Counted from the first letter of the stretch, positions 9,871 to 21,569 are shown. The stretch: 64,000 nucleotides of DNA from Deltaproteobacteria bacterium (GCA_034670305.1 JAXMNT010000025.1:43593-107592); one strand, 5' to 3'. Program-made: numbers and translations. Notes: a model not told the origin generated them from the sequence alone.

Positions 9871-10990
9871 CCCGTCCGAGTCGCACTCTGGCCAGGAGCG
9901 CGTCCCGGGCGTAGACGCATCCCCAGCTGAACGCGACGAGCGCGACCACGAAGCCACTGGCTTCGGCCATCGAACAGTTGCCCACGAGTGACCCGCCCAT
10001 CCGGCCGTAGCAAAACGGAATGTGCACGATGTACGCGACCAGGCTTCCGCGGCCGAGGGTCACGAACGCGCTGCGGACCCGCGGGCCGAGCGCCACCGAG
10101 AGCAACCCACCCGCGCACAGGACTCCGAAGCCTCGGCAACCGAGGTCCAATACGTTGAACCACACCGCGGGGTGCCGGCGGGTGAGGACGTCGTCGGTGG
10201 CTGTCACCCACGCGTGGGTTCCGAACTCGAACACCCAGGCGCCAACGACCGAGACGACGAGCCCTGTTGCCAAGATCAAGAGGGGCGCACCGGCGATGGC
10301 GGTCGCGGTTCGGGCCTTGTGGCCAGCGGCTCGGAGCGGCTCGGACCGGAGCAGCCGGAGCAGGACCATGCCCATTCCGAACCATGCGTATAGCGGAACG
10401 AGGGGCATCGCCCCGTACGGAGGGCGGTCGGCGACGAGCGCGACCAAGGGCGCAATCACCTCTGGCGCGAACGGGCTGAAGGCTGAGATCCAGGGGCAGA
10501 GCATCGTCGCAAGGAACGTCAGCGCGATGACCCGGAAGTGCTGATGTTTGCGGGCGTCGCGGTCGACGACGCCGGTCTTCGGGAGGAACGCGCCGCTCAC
10601 GGCGATGCTCAGCCCGATCACATGAAGCACATCCGACCGCAGAAAGGTCTGCACGCCCTGCCACCCATCGATGAGTGCGTAGGCTCCGCTCACGAGGTAG
10701 CCGTAGAGCAGAATCTGCAGCCCGCGGCGGATGAGGGCGCGCCGCACCGTTGCAGCAGACTCCTGCTTTCGGACCGCCGCTTCCAGCCGCAACTCCACCG
10801 CGGCGCCGGCGAGCAAGAGAAACGCCGGCAGCGGAATGGTGCCGAGGACGCGCGTGAAGCGGTACGCGGCGTCGTGGTGTTCGGGCGCGACCCAGCCGTG
10901 GAAGGCGTGGCCCTGCACCATCAAGATGCTGGCGACGCCCCGCGCCACGTCGACGCCGGCGATCCGTTCAGCCACCCGCTGTGGCTCCAA
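9851..10990 (-). CDS. DUF1624/HGSNAT-like membrane acyltransferase-family protein
   Basis: RIAGVDVARGVASILMVQGH, FLLLAG, RRGLQIL, DVLHVIG, LGRGSLVAYIVH; multi-TM. Confidence 0.75.
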   Translation of the reverse strand: MEPQRVAERIAGVDVARGVASILMVQGHAFHGWVAPEHHDAAYRFTRVLGTIPLPAFLLLAGAAVELRLEAAVRKQESAATVRRALIRRGLQILLYGYLVSGAYALIDGWQGVQTFLRSDVLHVIGLSIAVSGAFLPKTGVVDRDARKHQHFRVIALTFLATMLCPWISAFSPFAPEVIAPLVALVADRPPYGAMPLVPLYAWFGMGMVLLRLLRSEPLRAAGHKARTATAIAGAPLLILATGLVVSVVGAWVFEFGTHAWVTATDDVLTRRHPAVWFNVLDLGCRGFGVLCAGGLLSVALGPRVRSAFVTLGRGSLVAYIVHIPFCYGRMGGSLVGNCSMAEASGFVVALVAFSWGCVYARDALLARVRLGRASAPAQ

Positions 10991-10999
10991 AGACCACGC

Positions 11000-12679
11000 C
11001 TAGAACGTCGACGGCTCGTCGGAACCCGCGGCCTTCGCGGCTTCTTGATCGGCGACCTCCTCGGCGGAGCTCGAGTCGAGATGCATCCACTTCTTGAGCA
11101 GCGGGGAGAGCACGAAACACAACACGGCCGCGCCGCAGGCGACGTAGCCGATCTGCTCGAACACAGTGACGTAGTTCGCCAAGTTGTCGTACGAGGTCAG
11201 GAGTTCCGGCGTCATGCCATCCGCGCTCGAGAGCAGCCCGGTCTCGAGGGCGAGGGAACCGGGGCCGTCGCCGCTGTCGGGCGGCGAGGTCAACAGCGCG
11301 ATGAGGCCGGCGAGGTGGTGCGCCAGCGCGGAGCTGAGGAACCAGGCGCCCATCACCATGGCGGTGATCTTCTTCGGCGAGAGTTTGGTGACCATCGAGA
11401 GCCCGATGGGCGAGAGGCAGAGTTCGCCGGTGGTGTGGAAGAAGTACCCACCCACCAGGAAGAGCAGCGGCACGACGGCAGCGGCCTGGCTGACCTCTTC
11501 GCCGTCGACCACGAGATTCACTTCACCACTCGAGACGAAACCGCCGGCCCAGCCGAGCACCAAGAATCCGAGCCCGAGCTGCGCGATGCCGAGCGCGAAC
11601 TTCACCGGGATGTTCGGCTCCTTCTTCACGCGGCCGAGGCCGGCCCAGATCATCGTGAAGACGGGCGCGAGGATCAGAATGAAGACCGGGTTGACGCTCT
11701 GGAAGATGGACGCAGGCAACGCGCCGCGGTCCACGTTGGTGTCGGTGAAGAGCGTGAGCGACGAACCCGCCTGCTCGAAGAACGCCCAAAAGAGCGTGGT
11801 GAAGAAGAGGAGGATCAGAACGACGAACAGCCGCTCGCGCACGATTTTCTCGGAGCGCATCGCCTCGAGAAAGATGATGCCGATGACGAGCAGGGCGAAG
11901 GGGGTGAGCACGTAGCTCATCACTTCGAAGTACCGGATGAGCACCGCGAACGCGCCGACCGAGAGGAAGGCGAGCATGTAGGTCAGGTACTCGGCGCTGA
12001 TCCCGCCGATCTTCTTCTTGAGCAGCTCGAGGTCGGGGGCGTCGCCGTTCGTGCCGAGGGAGGACTGGCCCCATCCGAAGACGGCGAGTCCCGCCAACAT
12101 GCCGAAGCCTGCGAGCGTGAAGCCGTAGAACCAGCCGTAGGTCTCGCCGAGGTACCCACAGAGCAGCGGTGCGGCGCCGGCGCCGAGGTTGATGCCCATG
12201 TAGAAGATGGTGAAGCCGCGGTCGCGCCGCGGGTCGTTCCGGTCGGTGTACAGACCGCCGACCATCGAGGAGATGTTCGGCTTGAAGAAGCCATTGCCCG
12301 CGATGAGGAACGCGAGCGCGATGTACAACATGAACTCGGTCTCGATCGCCATGGCGAAGTGACCGACGGCCATGAGGACCGCGCCCAGCATGACCGAACG
12401 TTTGTAGCCGAGCAGTTTGTCCGCGACGATGCCCCCGAGGAACGGGGTCGCGTAGACGAGCGCGCCGTAGGCGGCGTAGATGCCCTTGGCCTTGTGGTCG
12501 GACTCCGTGGCGTCGAGGTCCGAGAAGAGCTGCCGCACCAGGTACAGCGTGAGCAGCGCGCGCATCCCGTAGAACGAGAAGCGCTCCCACATCTCCGCGA
12601 AGAAGAGCAGCGCCAAGCCCGGCGGTTGCTTCTCGGGCGGGTTCTTGGGGGCGGGCTTCTTCTCGGTCGAATCGGTCAT
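11000..12679 (-). CDS. POT/PTR-family proton-dependent oligopeptide MFS transporter
   Basis: [12 protein letters not shown] (ExxERFxYY), [32 protein letters not shown]. Confidence 0.95.
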   Translation of the reverse strand: MTDSTEKKPAPKNPPEKQPPGLALLFFAEMWERFSFYGMRALLTLYLVRQLFSDLDATESDHKAKGIYAAYGALVYATPFLGGIVADKLLGYKRSVMLGAVLMAVGHFAMAIETEFMLYIALAFLIAGNGFFKPNISSMVGGLYTDRNDPRRDRGFTIFYMGINLGAGAAPLLCGYLGETYGWFYGFTLAGFGMLAGLAVFGWGQSSLGTNGDAPDLELLKKKIGGISAEYLTYMLAFLSVGAFAVLIRYFEVMSYVLTPFALLVIGIIFLEAMRSEKIVRERLFVVLILLFFTTLFWAFFEQAGSSLTLFTDTNVDRGALPASIFQSVNPVFILILAPVFTMIWAGLGRVKKEPNIPVKFALGIAQLGLGFLVLGWAGGFVSSGEVNLVVDGEEVSQAAAVVPLLFLVGGYFFHTTGELCLSPIGLSMVTKLSPKKITAMVMGAWFLSSALAHHLAGLIALLTSPPDSGDGPGSLALETGLLSSADGMTPELLTSYDNLANYVTVFEQIGYVACGAAVLCFVLSPLLKKWMHLDSSSAEEVADQEAAKAAGSDEPSTF

Positions 12680-12828
12680 GGGCGGCGCAACGATTGAAGC
12701 GATGGGCCACAGAGTCAACCGGAGTCCTCACGGGACGGGCCCCGAGCCGGCACCCCTGCGCGGATCCCTGCGATCGCTCACGATCCGGAGCCAGCCTGCG
12801 CCCACAAACCACTATGGTTCGGCCCAAG

Positions 12829-14022
12829 ATGCACCAGCCGCTGCTCGACCACTTCGCCGCCGAAACCGCTGCCCTTCACGGACAAGGACTCTTCAAAGAA
12901 GAGCGCGTCATCACCACCCCACAGCAGGCGGCCATCGAGGTCACCGGCGGGGCGAGCGTGGTGAACTTCTGTGCGAACAACTACCTCGGCCTCGCCAACC
13001 ACCCGAAGCTCATCGAAGCGGCGCAAGCAGCGGTGGCGGAGCACGGCTTCGGCATGGCGTCGGTGCGGTTCATCTGCGGCACGCAGACCATCCACAAGAC
13101 GCTGGAAGCGCGCATCGCGCAGTTCCTGCAGACCGAAGACACCATCCTGTACTCGAGCTGCTTCGACGCGAACGGCGGCTTCTTCGAGACCTGCTTCGGC
13201 GCGGAAGATGCGATCATCAGCGACGCGCTCAACCACGCGTCGATCATCGACGGCATCCGTCTGTGCAAAGCGCAGCGCTACCGCTACGCGAACAGCGACA
13301 TGGACGAGCTGCGCGCGCGGCTGGAGGAATGCAAGGACGCGCGCTTCAAGGTCATCGCGACCGACGCGGTGTTCTCGATGGACGGCTACTACGCGAAGCT
13401 GCCGGAGATCTGCGACCTCGCGGACGAGTACGGCGCGATCGTGTTCGTGGACGATTGCCATGGCGTGGGCTTCACCGGCGACAGCGGCCGGGGCACCCAC
13501 GAGAAGCTCGGCTGTCTCGGCCGCATCGACGTGCTGACGGGCACGCTCGGCAAAGCGCTCGGGGGCGCGTCGGGCGGGTACACCTCGGGTCGAAAAGAGA
13601 TCATCGCGTGGCTTCGGCAGCGCAGCCGCCCCTACCTCTTCTCCAACACGCTCGCACCCGTGATCGCGGCGACCTCGATCGCGATGTTCGACCTGCTCGA
13701 GTCGGAAGGCGCGGCGCTTCGCGCCAAGCTCTGGGAGAACGCCGCCTACTTCCGCGAAAAGATGGAAGCCGCCGGGTTCAACCTCTTGCCCGGCGACCAC
13801 GCCATCGTGCCGGTCATGCTCGGCGACGCGCGGCTTGCGAGCGCGATGGCGGACAAGCTCCTCGAACACGGCATCTACGTCATCGGGTTCTCGTTCCCCG
13901 TGGTGCCGAAAGGGCAGGCGCGGATCCGCACCCAGATGTCGGCCGCGCACGACCGGGCGCACCTCGACCAGGCCATCGAGGCGTTCACTGTGGTGGGCAA
14001 AGAGCTCGGGGTGATCTCGTGA
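12829..14022 (+). CDS. kbl: Glycine C-acetyltransferase (2-amino-3-ketobutyrate CoA ligase)
   Basis: [63 protein letters not shown]. Confidence 0.95.
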   Translation: MHQPLLDHFAAETAALHGQGLFKEERVITTPQQAAIEVTGGASVVNFCANNYLGLANHPKLIEAAQAAVAEHGFGMASVRFICGTQTIHKTLEARIAQFLQTEDTILYSSCFDANGGFFETCFGAEDAIISDALNHASIIDGIRLCKAQRYRYANSDMDELRARLEECKDARFKVIATDAVFSMDGYYAKLPEICDLADEYGAIVFVDDCHGVGFTGDSGRGTHEKLGCLGRIDVLTGTLGKALGGASGGYTSGRKEIIAWLRQRSRPYLFSNTLAPVIAATSIAMFDLLESEGAALRAKLWENAAYFREKMEAAGFNLLPGDHAIVPVMLGDARLASAMADKLLEHGIYVIGFSFPVVPKGQARIRTQMSAAHDRAHLDQAIEAFTVVGKELGVIS

Positions 14023-14030
14023 CCGCGACG

Positions 14031-15059
14031 ATGCGCGCGCTCCGCAAGATGGAGAAGCGCGAAGGCATCTGGATGGACGAAGTGAAGGTCCCCGAGATCG
14101 GGCCGAACGACGTGCTGATCCGGATCCGGAAGACCGCGATCTGCGGGACCGACATTCACATCTACAACTGGGACGACTGGGCCCAGGCCACCATTCCGGT
14201 GCCGATGACCGTCGGCCACGAGTTCGTGGGGGTGGTCGAAGAGGTCGGTTCGCACGTGCGCGGGTTCGAGCCCGGCGACCGGGTCAGCGGGGAAGGGCAC
14301 GTGACCTGTGGCCACTGCCGCAACTGCCGCGCGGGCAAACGTCACTTGTGTCGGAACACGGTCGGCGTCGGCGTGAACCGCGAGGGCGCCTTCGCGGAGT
14401 TCCTCTCTTTGCCGGCCGTCAACGCGTTCAAACTCTCCGACAAGATCCCCGACGAGATCGCCTCGTACCTGGATCCACTCGGCAATGCGGCGCACACCGC
14501 GCTGAGCTTCGATCTCGTCGGTGAAGACGTGCTCATCACCGGCGCGGGTCCCATCGGCATCATGGCCGCGGCCATCGCGCGGCATGTCGGTGCCCGGCAC
14601 GTCGTGGTCACGGACGTGAACCCCTACCGCCTCGAGCTCGCCCGCAAGATGGGCGCGAGCTTGGCGATCGATGTGCGGGAGCGGAGCATTCGCAGCACCA
14701 TGCCGGAGCTCGGCATGACCGAGGGGTTCGATGTGGGGCTCGAGATGAGCGGCGTGGGCAGCGCGCTCGTGAGCATGCTCGATGCGATGAACCATGGCGG
14801 ACGCGTCGCGATGCTCGGCATTCCTCCGAAGGACGTCGTCATCGACTGGAACCACGTCATCTTCAAGGGGCTCGTCATCAAGGGCGTGTATGGCCGAGAG
14901 ATGTTCGAGACCTGGTACAAGATGAGCTCGATGCTCCAATCGGGGCTCGACGTCGGACCGTTGCTCACGCACCGCCTTGGGATCGACGACTTTCAAGAGG
15001 GCTTCGACATCATGCGCAGCGGCGAGTCCGGCAAGGTGGTCCTGGACTGGGCTTCGTGA
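14031..15059 (+). CDS. tdh: L-threonine 3-dehydrogenase (GTG 14019 is an alternative start overlapping the kbl stop)
   Basis: [25 protein letters not shown] Zn site, [15 protein letters not shown]; adjacent to kbl. Confidence 0.95.
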   Translation: MRALRKMEKREGIWMDEVKVPEIGPNDVLIRIRKTAICGTDIHIYNWDDWAQATIPVPMTVGHEFVGVVEEVGSHVRGFEPGDRVSGEGHVTCGHCRNCRAGKRHLCRNTVGVGVNREGAFAEFLSLPAVNAFKLSDKIPDEIASYLDPLGNAAHTALSFDLVGEDVLITGAGPIGIMAAAIARHVGARHVVVTDVNPYRLELARKMGASLAIDVRERSIRSTMPELGMTEGFDVGLEMSGVGSALVSMLDAMNHGGRVAMLGIPPKDVVIDWNHVIFKGLVIKGVYGREMFETWYKMSSMLQSGLDVGPLLTHRLGIDDFQEGFDIMRSGESGKVVLDWAS

Positions 15060-15379
15060 TCGTTCCGCGCGCGAAGGTTTGGTTCGGCGTGCTCGCGCTT
15101 TCGGCGCTCATTTGTCTTGCGGCCGGATGCGCCGAAGCGGACGGCTCGTGTCTCGGCGGAGACGAGTGCGTGCTCGAGTGCCCGGACGGGTTCTGCAACT
15201 TCTACTGCGCCGACGAAGCAAGTTGCACCGGCAGCTGCGCGGGCGGCGACTGCAGCATCAACTGCACCGGCAACTCGTCCTGCAACTTCACGTGTTCCGA
15301 CGGGTGCGCGTTTCACTGCTTCGACGAAGCGAGTTGTGCGTTCGCGTGCGAAGGCACCTGCCGCGAAGTGCGCGACTGA
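15056..15379 (+). CDS. Small Cys-rich lipoprotein
   Basis: Signal peptide with LAAG-C lipobox; regular CxxxC spacing throughout; GTGA overlap with tdh stop. Confidence 0.7.
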   Translation: MIVPRAKVWFGVLALSALICLAAGCAEADGSCLGGDECVLECPDGFCNFYCADEASCTGSCAGGDCSINCTGNSSCNFTCSDGCAFHCFDEASCAFACEGTCREVRD

Positions 15380-15448
15380 TGCGCCGCTCGGCCGCCGGCC
15401 GGCATGACGACGCCATTGCTTCGAGCACCTCGTGTTATCAATGAATCC

Positions 15449-15772
15449 ATGCAGTGGTTGCTCGCGCTCGCGGTGGTGTTGTTCGGTTCGGCATTCGACG
15501 TGACCGGTTGCGGTTCGGGCGGGGGCGGCCCCCCCATCCAAGAAGGGGCGACCCGGAGCTACACGGTGCAAGGAGAGATCCAGTCGATCTCCGATGCCAA
15601 GGACCGGGCCTCGATCGCCCACGAGGAAGTCGAGGGGTACATGCCGGCGATGACGATGACGTTCTTCACCCAGAACCCGACGCAGCTCGAAGGGCTCGCG
15701 GCCGGCGACCGGGTGGAGTTCACGTTCCAGTCCGACGGCCGCCACGTCATCACGGCGATCCGAAAGCTCTAG
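15449..15772 (+). CDS. CusF-like copper-binding periplasmic/lipoprotein
   Basis: IAHEEVEGYMPAMTMTF (H...M-x-M) and GDRVEFTF OB-fold pattern. Confidence 0.8.
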   Translation: MQWLLALAVVLFGSAFDVTGCGSGGGGPPIQEGATRSYTVQGEIQSISDAKDRASIAHEEVEGYMPAMTMTFFTQNPTQLEGLAAGDRVEFTFQSDGRHVITAIRKL

Positions 15773-15791
15773 TACCGCAGGTCGAGCGGTC

Positions 15792-17501
15792 TCAGTCCGG
15801 GATGCTCGACTGGCCCAACACGGATCGGCGAAGCGGTTCGTACTCGGGCAGGAACGACTTGAAGCGTTCTTTGCGCGACGGCTCGTCCGGTAGTTCGTAG
15901 GGCTTCGGCTCGATGTCGAGGATCGACTGTTCGTCGACCTCGTCGATGAGGCGCTTCGGGAGGTACTTCTCGGCGTACGCCTTGTAGATGCCGCTCGAGA
16001 TGAAGAGATCGAGCAGCTGCGGGTCGAGGTGGTTGTCCTTCTTCATGAAGCCCATGATCCGGATCGCCTCGCTGAGCTTCTTGCCCTTCTTGTAGGGCCG
16101 GTCCTGCGCGGTCAGCGCTTCGAACACGTCGGCGATCGCCATCATGCGCGCGGGCAGACTCATGTCGCCGGCGTAGATCCCCTTGGGGTAGCCGCCGCCA
16201 TCCATCTTCTCGTGGTGGCCTCCGGCGTATTCGGGAACGCGGGTGAGGTTTCGCGGGAACGGCAGCGCTTCGAGCATCTGAATCGTCTGCACCATGTGCC
16301 CGTTGATGATCAGCCGCTCGTCGTTCGTCAGCGTGCCTCGCGAGATGCAGAGGTTGTCGAGCTCCTCCGGGGTCAGGAGCGGCCGCTCGTCGCCGCCTTC
16401 GAGGTAGGTCTGGGCGCCGATGTTTCGGATCTCTTCTTTGGCTTCGTCGCTCAGGAACTCACCGCCGACATTCGCGCGTTCGAGGAACGCGAGCTGTCGG
16501 GTCAGGTCTGCGAGTTCCTTCTGGTAGCGTTCCTGGGCGTTGCTCTCACCCGCGGCCTGCGCCTCCAGCATTCGGATCCGCGCGTCCCGCATCAGCACTT
16601 CGAACCGGGTCCGGACCATCGCGATGCGGTCCCAGATCGTCTCGAGCTTGGTGGCCTTGTCCATCACGTGGACCGGCGTGGTCACCTTGCCGCAGTCGTG
16701 AAGCCACGCGGCGATCTTCAGCTCGTACCACTCCTCTTCGCTCATGCTGAACTCGTGGAATGGACCGGTCGTGATCTCGCACGCCGCTTCCGCCAGCATC
16801 AGCGTCAGGATGGGCACCCGCTCGCAGTGTTCGCCGGTGTAGGGCGACTTCGAGTCGATCGCGGAAGCGATCATCTGGATGAAGCTCTCGAGCAAATTGC
16901 GCTGACCCTCGAGCAACATCTGGTTGTCGAGGGCGATGGCCGCCTGGGACGCGAGCGATTCGACGATGCGCTGGTCGTCGGCCTGAAACTCGACGAGTTC
17001 GCCCGTGGTGGGGTCCTGTGCGTTGAGGAGCTGCAGCACCCCGATGACCCGGTGTTCGTTGTTGACGAGCGGGATGGTCAGGAACGACTTGGAACGGTAG
17101 CCGCTCTTGGCGTCGAACCGCTGCGTGCCGGAGAAGTCGAAGCCGGTCGCATCGTAGGCGTCCGGGATGTTGATCGACTGCTTGAGGTGCGCCGCGCAGC
17201 TCGCCACGTTGTTCTGGTTGGCGGTCCCGTGTTCATCGAACATCGGGATCGGCGTGAAATCGATCGGCTTGCCGGTGGTTCCGCCAAGCGCGATTCCGAG
17301 CGAGTCGGTGCGCATGATGGCGAAGCGGAGACAATCGTCGTCGGTGCGCAGATAGAGGGTGCCGCCGTCCGCGTTGCAGAGCTTCTTGGACTCCAGCAGG
17401 ATCGTCTCGATCAGACGATCTCGGTTCCTCTCGGCCGAGAGCGCCACCCCAATGCGGTTGAGCAAGGCGAGACGCTCCACCTCCTCGCGCAGCGTGACCA
17501 T
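15792..17501 (-). CDS. GAF + HD-GYP c-di-GMP phosphodiesterase
   Basis: GAF (ADGGTLYL, YRSKSFLTIPL, IGVLQLLN); YTGEHCERV, WLHDCGK, HHEKMDGGGYPKG, IADVFEALT...RPYK. Confidence 0.92.
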   Translation of the reverse strand: MVTLREEVERLALLNRIGVALSAERNRDRLIETILLESKKLCNADGGTLYLRTDDDCLRFAIMRTDSLGIALGGTTGKPIDFTPIPMFDEHGTANQNNVASCAAHLKQSINIPDAYDATGFDFSGTQRFDAKSGYRSKSFLTIPLVNNEHRVIGVLQLLNAQDPTTGELVEFQADDQRIVESLASQAAIALDNQMLLEGQRNLLESFIQMIASAIDSKSPYTGEHCERVPILTLMLAEAACEITTGPFHEFSMSEEEWYELKIAAWLHDCGKVTTPVHVMDKATKLETIWDRIAMVRTRFEVLMRDARIRMLEAQAAGESNAQERYQKELADLTRQLAFLERANVGGEFLSDEAKEEIRNIGAQTYLEGGDERPLLTPEELDNLCISRGTLTNDERLIINGHMVQTIQMLEALPFPRNLTRVPEYAGGHHEKMDGGGYPKGIYAGDMSLPARMMAIADVFEALTAQDRPYKKGKKLSEAIRIMGFMKKDNHLDPQLLDLFISSGIYKAYAEKYLPKRLIDEVDEQSILDIEPKPYELPDEPSRKERFKSFLPEYEPLRRSVLGQSSIPD

Positions 17502-17715
17502 GCGAGTGGAAATACCATTGTCTTAGGAGAAAGTCTTTGTTCGCACGCGGCCGAGCATGGCCTCAGCGGCGGATGCCCCCAGCTGGGGACTCGGTTCTGT
17601 CAGAGCCCATCCACCCACCCGAGGCCGTGTCGAACTAGTGTACATTTACTGCTGGCTTGTAACGTATCGTGGCAGTATCCCGTCGGGGTAGGATCGCGCC
17701 ATGAAGGGTCAATTG

Positions 17716-19590
17716 ATGAATCGAGTGTTCCAGGGTTTTGGGTTCGTGGTCGCGCTGGGGATGTTCGCGTCGCCAGCGCTGGGTCAGGGCAATCAGCCGT
17801 CGACCACGCTCAATCAGTTCCATCCCTCCCAAACCGTGGAGGATGGGTTCGCGCTCAGCCGGCCCGACGACCTGGGTCATCTCCGGTTCGGCGCCCAATT
17901 GCACCTCGACTACGCCAACGACCCACTCGTCTACGAGAGCGACCTCGGGGACTCGAGCTCCGAGTCCCAGCACATCGTGCGTCACCAGCTCACCGGCACC
18001 CTTGGGCTCTCGCTCGGGGTGCTCGATCGTCTGGTCATCTACGCCGGGTTGCCCATCAACCTCGTGATGTCCGGCGACGACACGATGCTGCCGATGGGTG
18101 TCGCGGCGACCGATGGCGCTGGCCTCGGTGACGCCTACCTGGGCGCCCGCATCCGCCTCTTCGGCGAATGGAACGAAGCCATCGCGCTCGCCCTGCAGAT
18201 CACCGCGACCTTCCCGAGCGGCGGTGGGGTGTACCGGGGCGACGAGACACTCACCCTTCATCCCCAGCTCCTCTTCGAGGCGCGCGCGGCGGACAAGGTG
18301 CGTCTGACGGTGAACGTCGGCGCCCGACTCGGCGAAGACCAGACCTTGCTCGGCGATGTTCGGGTCGGCGACGCGTTGACCTTCGGGCTCGGTGTGACGG
18401 CGTCCCTCGTCGGGACCTACACGCGCCCCGATGAGACCCGGCTCGACCTGCACGCGCAGGTGTTCGGCTCCTCCTTCTTCGGGGACTTCTTCGGCGGTGA
18501 AGAGACGCCGCTCGAAGCCCTCGCTGGCCTGAAGCTCCACCTCGGAAACGGGCTGGTCGTGGGCGCGGCCGGTGGCGCGGGCATTCACCGCAGCTACGGC
18601 ACCCCCGATGCGCGTGCGGTCTTGAACCTCGGCTGGGGCCAGGTCCGTGAGGTCGAAGAAGAGCCCGAGCCCGTGGCGGCCGACACGGACCGCGACGGCA
18701 TCCTCGACGACGTCGACGAGTGCCCGACCGAGGCCGAAGACCTCGACGGATTCGAAGACGAAGACGGCTGTCCGGACCCGGACAACGACCAGGATCAGGT
18801 CCCGGACACGACGGATGAGTGTCCGAACGAGCCCGAGGATCGCGACGGGTTCGAGGACGAGAACGGCTGCCCCGATCCCGACAACGACGGCGACGGCATC
18901 CCGGACACGACCGACCAGTGCAAGGACCAAGCAGAGGACATGGACGGCTTCGAAGACGAAGACGGCTGTCCCGAGGCGGACAACGACGAGGACGGACTCG
19001 TGGACGCGGCCGACCGCTGTCCCAACGAAGCCGGCCCGCCCGAGAACCAGGGCTGCCCCGACACCGACCGCGATGGCGACACCGTCGTCGACCGGCTCGA
19101 CAACTGCCCCGACGAACCAGGCACTGTGGAGAACCAGGGCTGCCGGGCACGGCAGCGGGTCCGCATCACGGAGGGCGCGCTCGAGATCTTGGACAAGGTC
19201 TACTTCGCGACCAACCGGGACGTGATCCAGCGCCGCTCGTTCCCGCTTCTGAACAACGTGGCCGCGGTGCTCAACAACCACCCGGAGATCCTGCACATCC
19301 GTGTCGAGGGCCACACCGACGATCGCGGCGACGACAACTACAACCTGGATCTCAGCCAGCGGCGGGCCGCCGCGGTCGTGACCTACCTCGTCGAGCGCGG
19401 CGAAGTCGACGCGTCTCGATTGGTGGCGCAGGGCTTCGGCGAGACCCGGCCCATCGAGCCGAACGAGAGCCGCACTGGACGGGCCGCCAACCGGCGGGTC
19501 GAGTTCAACATCATCCAGGATGGCGAGTCACAGGGCGCCACCGTGCCTGAAACCCCGGCGCAGCCCCCTGCGGAGACGCCCGCGGAGTAG
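17716..19590 (+). CDS. Outer-membrane beta-barrel + thrombospondin type-3 repeats + OmpA domain (TraB-like architecture)
   Basis: Signal peptide, beta-strand-rich N-half, repeated DxDxDGxxDxxDxCP..EDxDGFEDEDGCP, C-terminal IRVEGHTD...LSQRRA...NRRVEF. ATG 17701 is an alternative start. Confidence 0.9.
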   Translation: MNRVFQGFGFVVALGMFASPALGQGNQPSTTLNQFHPSQTVEDGFALSRPDDLGHLRFGAQLHLDYANDPLVYESDLGDSSSESQHIVRHQLTGTLGLSLGVLDRLVIYAGLPINLVMSGDDTMLPMGVAATDGAGLGDAYLGARIRLFGEWNEAIALALQITATFPSGGGVYRGDETLTLHPQLLFEARAADKVRLTVNVGARLGEDQTLLGDVRVGDALTFGLGVTASLVGTYTRPDETRLDLHAQVFGSSFFGDFFGGEETPLEALAGLKLHLGNGLVVGAAGGAGIHRSYGTPDARAVLNLGWGQVREVEEEPEPVAADTDRDGILDDVDECPTEAEDLDGFEDEDGCPDPDNDQDQVPDTTDECPNEPEDRDGFEDENGCPDPDNDGDGIPDTTDQCKDQAEDMDGFEDEDGCPEADNDEDGLVDAADRCPNEAGPPENQGCPDTDRDGDTVVDRLDNCPDEPGTVENQGCRARQRVRITEGALEILDKVYFATNRDVIQRRSFPLLNNVAAVLNNHPEILHIRVEGHTDDRGDDNYNLDLSQRRAAAVVTYLVERGEVDASRLVAQGFGETRPIEPNESRTGRAANRRVEFNIIQDGESQGATVPETPAQPPAETPAE

Positions 19591-19699
19591 TCGACACACA
19601 GACTCGAGAAGGGGAGCCGGGCGACATGGTCGTTCGGCTCTTTTTCTTGCTCTGCGGGTCCTCACGCGTGGCCTGCCTCACAAGGGGTACCACCGAGAT

Positions 19700-21319
19700 A
19701 TGAGCGACGGCATCTACCAGGTTCCCCTCCCCGACAACGCGCCCGTGACGGCGTTCGAACCAGATTCGAAAGAGCGGGCGAAGCTCGACGCGGCGCTGCA
19801 ATCGATGGCGGGGGAGCGCATCGAGATCCCAGCCGTGGTCGACGGCAAAGCCGTGACCGGTGGCAAGACGAGCGAGGTGGTCATGCCGCACGACCACGGG
19901 CATGTGCTCGCGACGTTGCACCACGCGAGCGCCGACACCGTGCGCGAGGCCATCGCGGGCGCGATGAAGGTCGCGCCGATGTGGGCCGCGATGCCGTTCG
20001 AAGAGCGCGCGGCGATCTTCCTGCGCGCCGCGCGTCTGCTCGAGACCACCTGGCGCATGCGCATCAACGCGTCGTGCATGCTCGGTCAGTCGAAGACCTG
20101 TCACCAGGCCGAGATCGACGCCGCGTGCGAGCTCATCGACTTCTTCAAGTTCAATGTGGCGTTTGCGCAGCAGATTCGATCGGTGCAGCCGATCTCGTCG
20201 CCGGGGATCTGGAACCGCTCCGACTACCGGCCGCTCGAAGGCTTCGTGCTCGCGATCACGCCGTTCAACTTCCTGTCGATCGCCGTGAACCTCGCCGCCG
20301 CGCCCGCGCTGATGGGCAACGTCGTGCTCTGGAAACCGAGCAGCACCTCGGCGCTCGGCTGTCACTACGGGCTCGAACTCCTGAAGGCGGCTGGGCTTCC
20401 GGATGGGGTGATTCAGCTCATCCCCGGCGACGGCCCCGAACAGGGCACCGCCGCGCTCGAGAGCGAACACCTCGCGGGCATTCACTTCACCGGATCGACG
20501 GGGACGTTCCGCCACCTCTACCGGGGTGTGGCCGAGCGGCTCGAGTCCTACCGGACGATTCCGCGCGTGATCGGCGAGACCGGCGGCAAAGACTTCATCG
20601 TCATGCACCCGAGCGCGGACGTGGCCACCTGCGCCACAGCCGTGGTGCGGGGCGGCTACGAGTACCAGGGACAGAAGTGTTCTGCTGCGTCGCGGCTCTA
20701 CGTGCCGAAGTCGATGTGGGCCGAGCTCTCCGAGCGGGTGGCCGCCGAGCTGAAGCACGTGAAGGTCGGCGACCCCTGCGACCCGAAGAACTTCCTCGGC
20801 GCGGTCATCGACGAGCGCGCGTTCGATCGCATCAGCGGCTACCAGAAGCTCGCGAAGGAGACCGCGTCCATCGTGGCCGGAGGCACGTCGGACAAGAGCC
20901 GGGGCTACTTCGTCGACCCGACGCTCGTGAAGGTGGACGACCCGCACCACCGGTTGATGGAAGAAGAGATCTTCGGACCGGTCGTCACCGCGTATGTGTA
21001 CGACGACGACCAGTGGGCCGAGACCCTGGATCTGGTGGACTCGACTTCGCCCTACGCGCTGACCGGCGCCGTGTTCGCACGCGATCGGTCCGCGGTGATC
21101 GACGCGATGGAGCGGCTCCGCAACGCCGCCGGCAACTTCTACGTGAACGACAAACCCACCGGCGCGGTCGTGGGCCAGCAGCCGTTCGGCGGCGCCCGCG
21201 CGAGCGGGACGAACGACAAGGCCGGCGCGATGTGGAACCTGCTTCGCTGGGTGAGCCCACGTTCGATCAAAGAGAACCTCGCGCCCCCGACGGACTGGCG
21301 TTACCCGTTTTTGGGGTAG
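19700..21319 (+). CDS. pruA: L-glutamate gamma-semialdehyde (P5C) dehydrogenase
   Basis: QAEIDAACELIDF, YRPLEGFV, FTGST, GETGGKDF, EYQGQKCSA, NDKPTGAVVGQQPFGG. Confidence 0.93.
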   Translation: MSDGIYQVPLPDNAPVTAFEPDSKERAKLDAALQSMAGERIEIPAVVDGKAVTGGKTSEVVMPHDHGHVLATLHHASADTVREAIAGAMKVAPMWAAMPFEERAAIFLRAARLLETTWRMRINASCMLGQSKTCHQAEIDAACELIDFFKFNVAFAQQIRSVQPISSPGIWNRSDYRPLEGFVLAITPFNFLSIAVNLAAAPALMGNVVLWKPSSTSALGCHYGLELLKAAGLPDGVIQLIPGDGPEQGTAALESEHLAGIHFTGSTGTFRHLYRGVAERLESYRTIPRVIGETGGKDFIVMHPSADVATCATAVVRGGYEYQGQKCSAASRLYVPKSMWAELSERVAAELKHVKVGDPCDPKNFLGAVIDERAFDRISGYQKLAKETASIVAGGTSDKSRGYFVDPTLVKVDDPHHRLMEEEIFGPVVTAYVYDDDQWAETLDLVDSTSPYALTGAVFARDRSAVIDAMERLRNAAGNFYVNDKPTGAVVGQQPFGGARASGTNDKAGAMWNLLRWVSPRSIKENLAPPTDWRYPFLG

Positions 21320-21335
21320 GGGCGCACGCGACGCG

Positions 21336-21569
21336 ATGACCGAAACCGACGACGAGTCGGCGTCAGAAGACGTCGCCGAGCCGGTGACCGACGGTGCGTC
21401 GTCCTTGGCGTCCGCGGAGCCAGAGCCGGCGACGCGCAACCCGATGCTGGTCCTCGCCATCGGGGTGCCGGTGGTGTTGCTCACGTGGTTGCTGTGGCGG
21501 TGGATGTACATGGGAGAGCCGTACATCCCGAAGCGGGTGGCGCCTCCCGACCATGCGGCGCCGCGCTGA
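21336..21569 (+). CDS. Small single-pass membrane protein
   Basis: Acidic N-terminus then one TM ([17 protein letters not shown]); directly follows pruA. Confidence 0.55.
   Translation: MTETDDESASEDVAEPVTDGASSLASAEPEPATRNPMLVLAIGVPVVLLTWLLWRWMYMGEPYIPKRVAPPDHAAPR

Noticed and set aside
18680-19140. DNA repeats inside the OmpA gene as a separate element
   Set aside because: Explained by thrombospondin type-3 protein repeats.
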